Below are positions 1 through 9,662 of a stretch of DNA of 64,000 nt, piece after piece. Origin of the DNA: an uncultured Myxococcales bacterium (GTDB lineage: Bacteria > Myxococcota_A > UBA9160 > UBA4427); the NCBI GenBank assembly GCA_965603475.1, contig CBFDDD010000001.1, positions 111,157-175,156 of the forward strand, in the 5' to 3' direction. Every line of letters begins with the position of its first letter. Position 1 is the first letter of the stretch. Under the pieces are notes generated by a model, which saw only the letters and a program-made list of their open reading frames with translations, did no database searches and was not told where the DNA came from. Both the position numbers and the translations under genes were made by a program.

Positions 1-1389
1 CGAGTCGAAACCCTCGATCGCGTACCCGAAATTCTGTCGGCGTTGCCAACAGTCGAGTGTTGCGTCGTCGTTCCCTATTCGGGAGATGGGGGAAGCACGT
101 CGACGGCGACCTCCGATCGCGAGCAAATGACAATCGGTGAACGATCGGTCGACGTCGTTCATTGGATGGAAATCGTTCGGGCAAGCGATGAACCGAGGCT
201 CGAATTCGAGCGCCTTCCGATGAATCATCCGCTCTTCATCCTCTACTCCTCCGGCACGACCGGGAAACCCAAATGCATCGTGCACGGAGCGGGTGGAACC
301 CTGCTCCAGCATTTGAAGGAACATCGCCTGCACGTCGATCTCCGCGAGAACGATCGGTTCTTCTATTTCACGACCTGTGGATGGATGATGTGGAACTGGC
401 TCGTGTCGGGACTCGCGACCGGCGCGACTTTGGTTCTCTACGATGGATCGCCTTTTCATCCGGACGCCAGGCGACTCTGGGAACTCGCAAGTCGAGAACG
501 GGTCAACGTCTTCGGGATCTCGGCCAAATTCATCGATAGCGCGGCCAAGGCGGGCGTGTCGCCGCGTCGGGAGTTCGACCTCTCCTCGCTTCGTGCGATT
601 CTTTCGACGGGATCACCGTTGTCGCAGGATGGTTTCGATTATATCTATCGAGAGGTCGCATCGGACGTCCATCTCGCTTCGATTTCGGGGGGCACCGATA
701 TCGTGTCTTGCTTCGTGCTGGGGAGCCCGACGCTCCCCGTGCGACGAGGTGAGATCCAGTGCGCCGGGCTCGGCATGCAGGTCGAAGTCTTCGATGACCA
801 GGGTCATGCTCTCGTCGGGACACCGGGCGAACTCGTCTGCACGCGCCCCTTCCCGTCCATGCCGATCGGGTTCTGGAATGACCCGGGCGGAGCCCGCTAC
901 CGCGCGGCCTATTTCGAGCGCTTTCCCGGGGTCTGGTGTCACGGTGATTGGTGTCTCGCGACCGATTCAGGCGGATTCGTCATCCATGGGCGTTCAGATG
1001 CCGTCTTGAATCCGGGCGGTGTGCGCATCGGGACCGCGGAGATCTATTCGCAAGTCGAAGCCTTCGACGAGATCCTCGAGGCGATTGCGATTGGCCAGTC
1101 GTGGGAAGACGATGTCCGGGTCGTGCTTTTCGTTAAAATGACAGCCGGGTCGATTCTCGACGACGCCCTTCGCACGAAACTTCGCAGCCGAATAAGGAAG
1201 AACGCGTCGCCCCGGCACGTGCCCGCACGCATCGTCGAAGTCGTGGATATTCCACGTACCCGAAGTGGGAAGATCACAGAACTCGCCGTCCGTGACGTCG
1301 TGCATGGTCGTGAAGTCAAGAACGTCGAAGCGCTCTCGAATCCCGAAGCGCTCGAGTATTTCAGAGATCACGAGGAACTTCAAATCTGA
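1..1389 (+). CDS. acetoacetyl-CoA synthetase (acetoacetate-CoA ligase), 5' end cut by window edge
   Basis: Frame 1 is open from nt 1 into track ORF 43..1389. AMP-binding motif [15 protein letters not shown]-terminal [16 protein letters not shown] is typical of AACS-type acyl-CoA synthetases. Confidence 0.85.
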   Translation, partial: RVETLDRVPEILSALPTVECCVVVPYSGDGGSTSTATSDREQMTIGERSVDVVHWMEIVRASDEPRLEFERLPMNHPLFILYSSGTTGKPKCIVHGAGGTLLQHLKEHRLHVDLRENDRFFYFTTCGWMMWNWLVSGLATGATLVLYDGSPFHPDARRLWELASRERVNVFGISAKFIDSAAKAGVSPRREFDLSSLRAILSTGSPLSQDGFDYIYREVASDVHLASISGGTDIVSCFVLGSPTLPVRRGEIQCAGLGMQVEVFDDQGHALVGTPGELVCTRPFPSMPIGFWNDPGGARYRAAYFERFPGVWCHGDWCLATDSGGFVIHGRSDAVLNPGGVRIGTAEIYSQVEAFDEILEAIAIGQSWEDDVRVVLFVKMTAGSILDDALRTKLRSRIRKNASPRHVPARIVEVVDIPRTRSGKITELAVRDVVHGREVKNVEALSNPEALEYFRDHEELQI

Positions 1390-1486
1390 AACTGCGGGAA
1401 AGGCTTGCGGCGGCGGATCCTTCTGGAGGGAAAATGCGGAATCAAAGTCGAAATCAGCGCACGCTTTCGATCCCGGGCGTCGGGTG

Positions 1487-2707
1487 ATGGAAGAATTCAT
1501 CCGGGTCCAGAGCGTCGAGGCGATGGATATGCTCGCGTTGAGCGTCGTCGTGCTCTTTCTCGGCATGTATTTGAATCGTCGGTTCCGTTTTCTTTCGGAG
1601 AATTATATTCCGCCCGCAGTCACGGGCGGCTTGATCTTTTCGGTTGCGACCTGGTTGGTGTATGACCAACTCAGCATTCAGCTCGAATTCGACATGAGAA
1701 TCCGAGATCTTCTGCTGTTGGTCTTCTTCAGTACGGTGGGGCTTTCAGCAAGAGTCAAGACAGTCGTTGCGGGCGGAAAGTCGTTGGCCATTCTGGTCGG
1801 CGTAGCCGCGGTGTTCCTCGTGCTTCAGAACACGGTCGGTGTTGCAATTGCCCTGATGAGGGGGGCGCACCCGGCTTACGGGTTGCTCGCAGGGAGCATT
1901 TCCTTCGCGGGAGGACATGGCACGGCCATCGCGTGGGGTGCTGTTGCCGAAGAGGCCGGCTTCGCGCGTGCGGGCGAAATAGGGTTGGCCTTTGCAACAT
2001 TTGGGCTCGTGGCGGGAGGGCTCGTCGGCGGCCCGATTGCTCGTCGGCTCATGCGATCGGGTGGCCTCGAGGGCTCAGTCGAAGAAGTGTATAAAGACGG
2101 ACCGAAGATCGCGAAGGAACTCGCCGATCCGACCGAGTGGATCTATCCGGTCCTGGTCACATTGCTGGCCCTTGCACTGTGTGTGAGCTTGGGTGACCTG
2201 GTGAATCGCTATCTATTCATGCGGGATGTGCGGCTGCCAGGCTTTCTCACAGCCATGTTCGTTGGCATTCTCGTCACCAACTTTGCTGACACGATTCGAC
2301 GACCGCTCGCTCATGCCACGATCGATCGTTTCGGCGAGGTCAGCCTGCATATCTTTCTGGCGATGAGCATGATGGCGATCGAGCTGTGGGCGCTCGACGA
2401 CATGGCGAGCGTGATCATGATCGTGCTCGTGGCTCAGGTTCTTCTGATGACGGTCTTCGCCGTATTTGTCGTCTACCGGTTCATGGGTCGCAACTACGAC
2501 GCGGTCGTCATTGCGGCGGGCTTTGTCGGGATGGGGCTGGGCGCAACACCCGTCGCGATCGCGAATATGAATGCAGTCACCCACCGCTACGGACCTTCGA
2601 CGAAGGCCTTCCTCGTCGTTCCTTTGGTGGGCGCCTTTTTCATCGATATTCTCAATGCCGGAACGATCAACTTTTTCATCGATGTGATCAGGAACTACTT
2701 GGTCTGA
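1487..2707 (+). CDS. gltS: sodium/glutamate symporter GltS
   Basis: Polytopic membrane protein. N-terminus LALSVVVLFLGMYLNRRFRFLSENYIPPAVTGGL parallels E. coli GltS. The upstream part of ORF 1265..2707 overlaps the AACS tail. Start is ATG 1487, or alternatively 1523. Confidence 0.8.
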   Translation: MEEFIRVQSVEAMDMLALSVVVLFLGMYLNRRFRFLSENYIPPAVTGGLIFSVATWLVYDQLSIQLEFDMRIRDLLLLVFFSTVGLSARVKTVVAGGKSLAILVGVAAVFLVLQNTVGVAIALMRGAHPAYGLLAGSISFAGGHGTAIAWGAVAEEAGFARAGEIGLAFATFGLVAGGLVGGPIARRLMRSGGLEGSVEEVYKDGPKIAKELADPTEWIYPVLVTLLALALCVSLGDLVNRYLFMRDVRLPGFLTAMFVGILVTNFADTIRRPLAHATIDRFGEVSLHIFLAMSMMAIELWALDDMASVIMIVLVAQVLLMTVFAVFVVYRFMGRNYDAVVIAAGFVGMGLGATPVAIANMNAVTHRYGPSTKAFLVVPLVGAFFIDILNAGTINFFIDVIRNYLV

Positions 2708-2757
2708 CGATTCGAGCCGAAGCGGTCACGCGTCGATGTCCGGGTCAAATCGATGCA

Positions 2758-3741
2758 TTACACGAAGTGCGGTAGGACGCGCTCTGTAAACATTTCGAAC
2801 GATTTGTCGCTGAGTGGGGAGAGAAGCAGATAGTCGAGCGGGACCTCCTCTTCGAGGTGCTGAAGAATATCGACGACGCGCTCTGGACTGCCATGGATGA
2901 TGACGTCATCCATATAGTGTTCGACGTGATCGGGGATCTTGTCGTCCGAACGAAAACTGGCCAACGCTTGCTTCGGAATGTAGCCCGCGGTCCATTTCGC
3001 ACCGCGCTCCGCGATCGCTGCTGCCTGGGCATCGGTTTCCGCGACGGCAACGAGTCTTGCGGTCGGGATGTCGCGCGGCCCGAGGTCGTGTCCCGCCTTC
3101 TCGAGACCGGCCCGGTAGTGGCCCAGCTTTTGTGCGATGTCGGAATGGGCCGAATGCGGATCCATCAAGATCGAGAAGCCGCGGCTGGCCGCCCACTCGA
3201 TCGCACCGAGCGAACTTGCGGCCACCCAGGCCGGAGGGTGGGGGCGTTGACGTGGCTTCGGAAGGACTTCGACGTCCTTGTAGCTGTGGAACTCGCCTTC
3301 GAATGTGAGGCGCTCGTTCGACCAGGCCGCCAGTACGATTTCGACGGCTTCGCGGAAGCGCGCGGTACTCTCGTCTGGCGACACACCGAAGACGGACATC
3401 TCCGTCGGATCGAAGCCTCGTCCAGCGCCCCAGTTGACCCGGCCGTCGGTCAGGACGTCCAGCAAAGCAACCTCTTCGGCGATGCGGAGTGGATGGTAGA
3501 ACGCCGCGAGTGTGACCGCGGTGCCGATTCGTAGCCGCTCGGTTCGAGAGGCGATATGCATGGCCATCAGATGCACGGAGGGGCAGACGCTGTAGCTGCT
3601 GAAATGATGCTCGGCCAACCAGACGGCGTCGTAACCCGTTTTATCCATGACCTCGATCCGGTTGAGCGCGCGGGTGTAGACGTCTTCGAGCGGGATGCTC
3701 CGATCTCGCCAACCAAAGAATTGAAGCAAGCCGATTTTCAT
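2758..3741 (-). CDS. LLM-class (luciferase-like) flavin-dependent oxidoreductase
   Basis: MKIGLLQFF...GYDAVWLAEHHFSSYSVCPS...RLRIGTAVTL is the family signature. GGAGGAGG RBS upstream of ATG 3741. Confidence 0.85.
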   Translation of the reverse strand: MKIGLLQFFGWRDRSIPLEDVYTRALNRIEVMDKTGYDAVWLAEHHFSSYSVCPSVHLMAMHIASRTERLRIGTAVTLAAFYHPLRIAEEVALLDVLTDGRVNWGAGRGFDPTEMSVFGVSPDESTARFREAVEIVLAAWSNERLTFEGEFHSYKDVEVLPKPRQRPHPPAWVAASSLGAIEWAASRGFSILMDPHSAHSDIAQKLGHYRAGLEKAGHDLGPRDIPTARLVAVAETDAQAAAIAERGAKWTAGYIPKQALASFRSDDKIPDHVEHYMDDVIIHGSPERVVDILQHLEEEVPLDYLLLSPLSDKSFEMFTERVLPHFV

Positions 3742-3839
3742 TGATCTGACCTCCTCCCGAATCCTAGCGATTCTTTCGGCGGCTTGACGGCGTCGAGATC
3801 TCGCGAGCTGGAGGTCGAAGAATCAGGCATAATGAGCAA

Positions 3840-4238
3840 ATGGATGCACGCATCAGTCTCATTTCTCTCGGAGTTGAAGATCTCGATCGTTCGATCGAAT
3901 TCTATCGTGAGGGACTCGGGCTTCCGATGCGCGACGGACCGTCTGGGATTGCTTTCTTCACGACGAGTGGCACGTGGCTCTCGCTCTACCCGAGAGACAA
4001 GCTGGCTGACGACGCGCAGGTCGAAGCTTCGGGCTCCGGATTCAGGGGTTTCACTCTCGCGCATAACGTGAAAACCCGCGACGCCGTCGATGAGGTCATG
4101 CGCGAGGCGGTCGCCGCCGGCGCACAGATTCAGAAGCAACCGGTGGAGGCGAGCTGGGGTGGCTATTCAGGATATTTCCGGGATCCCGACGGGTTTCTCT
4201 GGGAAGTCGCCTGGAATCCCCATTTCTGGGTGGAGTGA
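3840..4238 (+). CDS. VOC/glyoxalase-bleomycin resistance family protein
   Basis: 132 aa. ISLGVEDLDRSIEFYREGLGL and C-terminal GYFRDPDGFLWEVAWNP are typical of the glyoxalase fold. Confidence 0.8.
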   Translation: MDARISLISLGVEDLDRSIEFYREGLGLPMRDGPSGIAFFTTSGTWLSLYPRDKLADDAQVEASGSGFRGFTLAHNVKTRDAVDEVMREAVAAGAQIQKQPVEASWGGYSGYFRDPDGFLWEVAWNPHFWVE

Positions 4239-4278
4239 TCTGCTTTCCTGTGGCATCCGAAGCAGCGCCAGGAAAGGT

Positions 4279-5574
4279 TCAGCCCCAGGCTTCCGCTTTG
4301 TAGATGACCCGTCCATCGTCCTCGACGATCCACGAGACGATTGGATTCAGGTGGTAGGGGGTGGCACCGGGGCCGCGCGCGTCGATGAGCGCCCGCCGCG
4401 TCGGCTGGACATAGCCCGTCTCGTCAGTCGCGCGGCTCGATAACTCCGCCGGACCGCCCCTCCATTGCCAGGGGAGTCTGAAGCGAGTGTGGGCCTTGGG
4501 AAGGACGGGACCTGCGAGGTTCGCATCCTGCCAGCGCCGTCCACCGTCCGTGCTCACCTCGACCTTGACGATTCGGCCGCGTCCGCTCCATGCGAGGCCA
4601 CGAATTTCGTTCCATCCGCGCTCGAGGGTCGAGGGGTAGGTCGGGCTGGTGATGACGGATCGAGCATCCATCGTGAAGCTGAACTGGCGAACTTTTCCGC
4701 CGCGAATAGGTTCTGTGTATTTCGAGGTCTCCTCTCGAGTGCCGAAGGGTCGATCGCTCACCTCGATTCGCCGCAACCATTTCACATTCGTGTTGCCCTC
4801 CCAGCCCGGAAGGAGCAGGCGAATCGGATACCCCTGCGCAGGCCGGATGGCCTCACCATTTTGCGCGTACGCGATGATCGCGTCATCGAGCGCCTTCTCG
4901 ATCGGGATCGAGCGCGACAGCATTGCCGCATCGGAACCTTCCGCGAGCAGCCATTTCGCGCCATTTCGGTAACCAACTGCGCGGAGCAAGGTCGAGAGCG
5001 CGACTCCCGTCCACTCGCTCTGGCTCGTGAGTCCGCATAGGAATTGAGGCGTCGTCTCCTCGCCCGCATCGATCCGCAGATTTCCTGAACACTCGAGAAA
5101 GCAGGTTTGGGTGACCGCGGGAAAGCGGAGCAGATCCCCGAGCGTGAACTTCAGAGGGCGGTCGACCATTCCATGGATGAGAAGTTCGTGCCGATTCGGG
5201 TCGATCGTCGGGATACCGGCGTGATGACGCTCGAAGTGAAGATCGGCCGGCGTCAGACTTCCGTGAAGTTCTTGCAGAGGCGTGCCCGAGATTCGCCCGT
5301 AGGCAGCCAGGCGTTCCGGGGATTCGAAGGCAGAGCGCTCCCCGAGTGGAGAGGGGCCGATACCGGGAATTCGGGTTGGATCGGCGGGGCCGGCCGACTC
5401 TTCTTCGCTGCAAGCGAGCCCAGCGAATGCCGTTCCCGCCGTACCGGCTAGCGCGGCGAGCATCTGGCGGCGCGTCCAATCAGCCTTTGCGGGGCCGCGT
5501 CCGGGCTTTTCGTGTTGAGCGGCCCTTTGGTCGTGCCGTTGCACTCGAGCCGATTTATTTTCGTCGGTCGTCAT
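4279..5574 (-). CDS. sulfite-oxidase-family molybdoenzyme (SorA/SoxC-like sulfite dehydrogenase), Tat-exported
   Basis: Twin-arginine signal TRRQMLAALAGTAG. Mo-ligand cysteine context FLECSGN. C-terminal dimerisation-domain-like region. Confidence 0.8.
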   Translation of the reverse strand: MTTDENKSARVQRHDQRAAQHEKPGRGPAKADWTRRQMLAALAGTAGTAFAGLACSEEESAGPADPTRIPGIGPSPLGERSAFESPERLAAYGRISGTPLQELHGSLTPADLHFERHHAGIPTIDPNRHELLIHGMVDRPLKFTLGDLLRFPAVTQTCFLECSGNLRIDAGEETTPQFLCGLTSQSEWTGVALSTLLRAVGYRNGAKWLLAEGSDAAMLSRSIPIEKALDDAIIAYAQNGEAIRPAQGYPIRLLLPGWEGNTNVKWLRRIEVSDRPFGTREETSKYTEPIRGGKVRQFSFTMDARSVITSPTYPSTLERGWNEIRGLAWSGRGRIVKVEVSTDGGRRWQDANLAGPVLPKAHTRFRLPWQWRGGPAELSSRATDETGYVQPTRRALIDARGPGATPYHLNPIVSWIVEDDGRVIYKAEAWG

Positions 5575-6221
5575 CGAATCTGGGGTCCTCCTCGCCGATC
5601 GTCGTCAACGAATCGGTCTCGCGCAGGCATGACGATCGACGGGAGATTGTGCCGGTCGAGCGTCGCGCCTTCGTCGAACAGATCATTCAGGAAGAGCAGG
5701 TATGCCGTGAGTGCGTACACTTCATTGTCATCGAGCGAGCCCGGTCGATCCAGGGGCATCGCGCGGCGCGTGTAGTCGAATATCGTCGTGGCCCAGGGCC
5801 AGTAGTTTCCAATCGTGCGTCGCACGCTCCGGTCGAGCGCGAAGGGAAATTCGTCGTTCGGGAGACGCCCAGCGAGGGTGTCAAAGGGACCGTTGCGTCC
5901 GTGCGCTCCGTGACATCCCTGACATCTTTCGAAATAGAGAAGACGGCCTGTTTCCACATTGCCCGACCCTTCGGGCAAACCCTCTCCGTCGGGCATCACA
6001 TCGACATCCCAGAGCGCGATCTCTTCGTCGGTGACCGGCCGGCCGGGGGCGGAGTGGCTGGGACCCTCGATGGCAGCGACCCCCGCCGGCTTCGCGTCTT
6101 GGGAGTCTTCGATCGAAGGTTCGCAGCCCGCCGTGACCAGCAGCATGTCCATTGCGATTGCGAATCGAATGAGTGCCTTCAGAGGGGTCAGATCGAGGCC
6201 GAAAGACGGACCGGGGTGCAT
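5571..6221 (-). CDS. c-type cytochrome lipoprotein, likely electron acceptor of the adjacent sulfite dehydrogenase
   Basis: Lipobox LLVTAGC. Single CQGCHG heme site. 4-nt ATGA overlap with the downstream Mo-subunit gene. Confidence 0.7.
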   Translation of the reverse strand: MHPGPSFGLDLTPLKALIRFAIAMDMLLVTAGCEPSIEDSQDAKPAGVAAIEGPSHSAPGRPVTDEEIALWDVDVMPDGEGLPEGSGNVETGRLLYFERCQGCHGAHGRNGPFDTLAGRLPNDEFPFALDRSVRRTIGNYWPWATTIFDYTRRAMPLDRPGSLDDNEVYALTAYLLFLNDLFDEGATLDRHNLPSIVMPARDRFVDDDRRGGPQIR

Positions 6222-6287
6222 TGATCCTCCTGCTGGGAGCCACGACCGAGCATACGCAATTATCCCGAAAGAGAACCGCTCGGCTCG

Positions 6288-6731
6288 CTATTTCCCGAGG
6301 TAGGACTCCAGACGATCCCCAAGCTTGTCGCCAAATTGTGCAAAGCGCCGGAGTTCCGCGGCCGGAAGGTCCGCCCATACTTCATTGATCGCGGTTTGCC
6401 GGGTGAGTCGCACGCGATCGAGAAGCCGCCGGCCCGCTGAGGTCAGGACATAGTTACGTTGACGACGATCTCCTTCGGCAATCGAAGATCGGATCAAGTC
6501 GCGTTCCAGAAGGCTGCGTACGAGTTTCGAGACCGCCGCGGGCGTGACTGAGCGATGCTGAGCGAATAGCGAAGGCATGAAATGGTCTGTTGCGATCTCT
6601 TCTAGCAACCCCCATTGACGAACGGAGAGTCCCGCCCCGAGGGCGATTTGTTCCCGGCGCTGATTGAATAGATCCGAAAGTCGCTGGAGGGCCTCGATGG
6701 CCTGATGAATTGTTTCCTGGCGTGTTGTCAT
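6288..6731 (-). CDS. MarR family transcriptional regulator
   Basis: 147 aa with a winged-helix pattern: LSVRQWGLLEEI...VSKLVRSLLERDLIRSS...DRRQRNYVLTSAGRRLL. Confidence 0.85.
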   Translation of the reverse strand: MTTRQETIHQAIEALQRLSDLFNQRREQIALGAGLSVRQWGLLEEIATDHFMPSLFAQHRSVTPAAVSKLVRSLLERDLIRSSIAEGDRRQRNYVLTSAGRRLLDRVRLTRQTAINEVWADLPAAELRRFAQFGDKLGDRLESYLGK

Positions 6732-6735
6732 TATG

Positions 6736-6751
6736 ATTAACCTAGGTTAAT
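6736..6751. promoter_or_regulatory. perfect 16-bp palindrome ATTAACCTAGGTTAAT, candidate MarR operator
   Basis: Read directly. It lies 5 nt upstream of the marR-family ATG, in the AT-rich divergent intergenic region shared with the methyltransferase gene. Confidence 0.5.
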
Positions 6752-6898
6752 AATTACCGAGAAGACAGTATAACGAAACGACCAGAACATCCACCCCGAA
6801 CACGGATGCCACAGGCTTGGAGCATTCGTTGGTGATCGAGAGAAACGCGGGTTGGAAAGATTGAGTCGAAAGACCAACTTCAAGGGAGCAATCGACGG

Positions 6899-7660
6899 AT
6901 GGGTATCAAGAGAAGCGTCCAACAGCAGTTTGGCCCGGTGGCCGACCAATACGCGACATTCGGCTATCACGCGGCGGGGCCGGATCTCGAGCCCATGCTC
7001 GAAGCGGGACAAATGTCGGGACAGGAACGCGTCCTCGACATCGGGAGTGGGCCGGGGCATACGGCGCTTCTGTTCGCGACCGAGGCAAGGGAGGTCGTGG
7101 CCTCAGATCCGACCGAAGCCATGCTCGACCAGGGCAGGCGGTTGGCAATTGAGCGGGGTCTCGACAATATTCGTTTCGAACGAACACCTGCCGAGAAGAT
7201 GCCGTTCGCGGACCACTCTTTCGATCGAGTGACATCACGACAAAGCGCGCACCACTACGCTGATGTTCGCGCTGCGCTGCGCGAGGTGGCACGGGTGTTG
7301 TCTTCGAGCGGTCGGTTCGTGTTGATCGACACGTTCTCACCCGAAGACGACGAGTTCGACAAGTTCTTGAATCAGATCGAGTTGATCCGGGACTCGAGCC
7401 ATATCCGCGACTACCGGGTTTCGGAATGGCGTGAGATGTTCGAAGAGGTCGATTTCGAACTCGAGGATGTCGCGGCCTGGGATATCCCACTCGAGTTCGA
7501 AGATTGGGTCACGCGATCGCGAACACCGGGTGAGGACGTTGCCGAGCTTCGCTCATGCCTCTACTCGGCGTCGGCGCGGGTGCGCGAACGATTTTCCGTG
7601 AATGACAGGGGAAATTGGTCCGTACCCATCGGACTCGTAGTCGGCACGCCGATGGGCTGA
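6899..7660 (+). CDS. class I SAM-dependent methyltransferase (Methyltransf_11/UbiE-like)
   Basis: Motif I VLDIGSGPGHTALLFA. AGGGAG RBS upstream. Confidence 0.85.
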   Translation: MGIKRSVQQQFGPVADQYATFGYHAAGPDLEPMLEAGQMSGQERVLDIGSGPGHTALLFATEAREVVASDPTEAMLDQGRRLAIERGLDNIRFERTPAEKMPFADHSFDRVTSRQSAHHYADVRAALREVARVLSSSGRFVLIDTFSPEDDEFDKFLNQIELIRDSSHIRDYRVSEWREMFEEVDFELEDVAAWDIPLEFEDWVTRSRTPGEDVAELRSCLYSASARVRERFSVNDRGNWSVPIGLVVGTPMG

Positions 7661-8107
7661 TCCACACTGGCGATGGCTTTGACTATCGTCGCCTCCTATT
7701 CCCAGATGCGACGCGTTCTGTCTCAAGCTTGGCGCTCTTGAGATTTTTGGCCCCACTCATCGGGTATCAGACCGCTCGGGACGCGCTCCTTTTCATTTTC
7801 CTCACCGTCGATTCGTTGCGCGAGATTCCCGCGCGCCAGAACACGGACCAGATGTCAGGTGGCAGCTGACGAGTGCGCCAGTGGTCAGCCATTGCTAAGC
7901 GCGCAATGCCGTCGAGGGCTTTCCGTATACGCTCTACAGCATGCTTCACGGTCCGAGCCGCAATAGCTGTCACGATGGTGAGCGGACGCTCTCCGAGAAG
8001 ACCGGCCACCAGGAATATGCGGTGTTATTCATCGAGAGGGAGTTCAAGAAGGAGCGTCTTCGCTACTTCCTGCCCGAGTTGGATCGCTGGTGAGCCGATC
8101 GAACGAA

Positions 8108-8147
8108 CGAGGCCGATGCGATTTCCTGACGAATTGCACCGGCCTCG
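8108..8147 (-). terminator. possible terminator hairpin downstream of the porin gene
   Basis: CGAGGCCG ... CGGCCTCG 8-bp stem with a large 24-nt loop, followed on the minus strand by TTCGTTCG. Confidence 0.3.
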
Positions 8148-8171
8148 GGGTCGAGCACTAGAGGCAGTTTA

Positions 8172-9536
8172 CTAGAACTTGACGTCCGCCTGGAGCCACC
8201 ACCGCCAGACGTTATTCGGTATGACGGCAACGCCGGGACCAGGTGTACTGTTGTTATCAGAACCGTCGAAGTAGGCCACTTTGGTCAACACGCTGAGGTA
8301 CTTGTTGATCGGCCGCTTCAGCACGACGTCGACTTCGTCACCGATCGAGTTGCCATCGTGGTGGGACCAGAAATGGTGATAGATCAAGCTGGCGTTGAGC
8401 TTCCAGGGAAGCTTCGGCGAAATGGAAGCAAAGAGATCCTGCAGCCCATCCAGCCCGCCGTTATTCAGGAAAACGTCCGCCCAGCCGTTGAACTTGTGCC
8501 CTGTGGCGAGCGGCGTGACGAATCGCCCGTCCCCATCGTCGCTACCGAGTAGCTCGTAACCGACGCCGAGCGCCCCCCAATCGCTCGGGGCCAATTTGAG
8601 CTGGCCCATGAAATAGTGGGTGTCGTAGTCGGCCGGGTTGTTTTCGTAGTCCGTTTGAAAGGCGTAGCTGGCTTCGTAGATCAGCTTGAGGTCATCGCTG
8701 ATCTCGGAGTCGCCGTTGAGCCTGAATCCGACGGTCGCAGAGGAGTTTCCCTGCGCCCGATTGAACTCGAAGAGATAGGCGAATGCGCTGATATCCACCG
8801 CGTCGAAGCCCGTGTAGGCGGCGTGGATGACGTGGTTGTTCGTTCTCCAGTCCTTCTGAGCGGTTGAGCCTTGATCCTTATCGCCGAAGATTCGGCGTGC
8901 GTACCGCATGTAGGTGTAGTTGACAGTCAGATCCTCGACGCCCAGGGAAGTACTCCCACTGACGGCATCGAAGGTCTGCTCGTTCTGACGCCAATCGACG
9001 TTGCCGACGAAGCGGGCATCGTCGAGGATGATTCGCTGCCGACCCAGCGTAAGGTTGGTGTCGAGCCAGTCCTTGCGGTTTAGATTGAGAAAGACCTGGT
9101 TGACCTCGGTCTTGGTCGGATCTGCAATGACCGTTTTGCCGCTCCCCCCTTCTGTTCCATCGTTGTACTGCCCGCCCGCGACCGCGGTGATATTCTCACC
9201 CTCTGCATAGGCCATCAAGCCCTTCCACGGCTTGGTGCCGTAGCCGAGACGCGTGCGCAATGTGTAGGCCTCAGACCGATTCAGCCCGTCCGCTCCCTTG
9301 TTGTCCTGGTCAGCGATTTCGACCCGCAGCCGCATGTCGAGAACCGGCTTTCCGTGGGTGACCGCGTACCAGAAATCGTCTTCCTTCGCGTTCTCGCTTC
9401 CTTCTTCTTCTTCTTCAGCAGCAGCAGCCGCCGCGCTGCTGAGCAGGAAGATGCTCACGAAGAGCAGTATCGATGTGAAGATCCGGATCGATTCGATCCG
9501 CCATCCGATTTGATTCGCTGGCTGAATGGAACTCAT
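8172..9536 (-). CDS. outer-membrane beta-barrel protein (alginate-export/porin-like family)
   Basis: Start ATG 9536 with GGGAG RBS. Signal peptide, then an AAAAAAEEEEEG linker. Alternating beta-strand pattern RLRVEIADQD...YTLRTRLGYG. C-terminal WWLQADVKF with terminal Phe is typical of OMPs. Confidence 0.7.
   Translation of the reverse strand: MSSIQPANQIGWRIESIRIFTSILLFVSIFLLSSAAAAAAEEEEEGSENAKEDDFWYAVTHGKPVLDMRLRVEIADQDNKGADGLNRSEAYTLRTRLGYGTKPWKGLMAYAEGENITAVAGGQYNDGTEGGSGKTVIADPTKTEVNQVFLNLNRKDWLDTNLTLGRQRIILDDARFVGNVDWRQNEQTFDAVSGSTSLGVEDLTVNYTYMRYARRIFGDKDQGSTAQKDWRTNNHVIHAAYTGFDAVDISAFAYLFEFNRAQGNSSATVGFRLNGDSEISDDLKLIYEASYAFQTDYENNPADYDTHYFMGQLKLAPSDWGALGVGYELLGSDDGDGRFVTPLATGHKFNGWADVFLNNGGLDGLQDLFASISPKLPWKLNASLIYHHFWSHHDGNSIGDEVDVVLKRPINKYLSVLTKVAYFDGSDNNSTPGPGVAVIPNNVWRWWLQADVKF
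9402..9434. repeat. trinucleotide microsatellite (TTC)5(AGC)4(CGC)2 inside the porin gene
   Basis: Read directly. It encodes AAAAAAEEEEE just after the predicted signal peptide. Confidence 0.9.
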
Positions 9537-9662
9537 GGTTCTCCCTCTCATTCTCTGTCTGCGGGCAGTGTAGTATTTCGGCCAGAATCGCCCCGTCGAC
9601 GACAGGTCGGAATGCTCTCTATAGCGTGCCGGCTGCCTTTTCGGGCATGCCGCCAAGCATGA

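Noticed and set aside
7615-8175. Two same-frame plus-strand ORFs joined by TGA (7867-7869), considered as a fourth Sec gene
   Set aside because: Both halves are Arg/Ser-rich with no family resemblance. There is no redox motif around the TGA and no hairpin in the following 40 nt.
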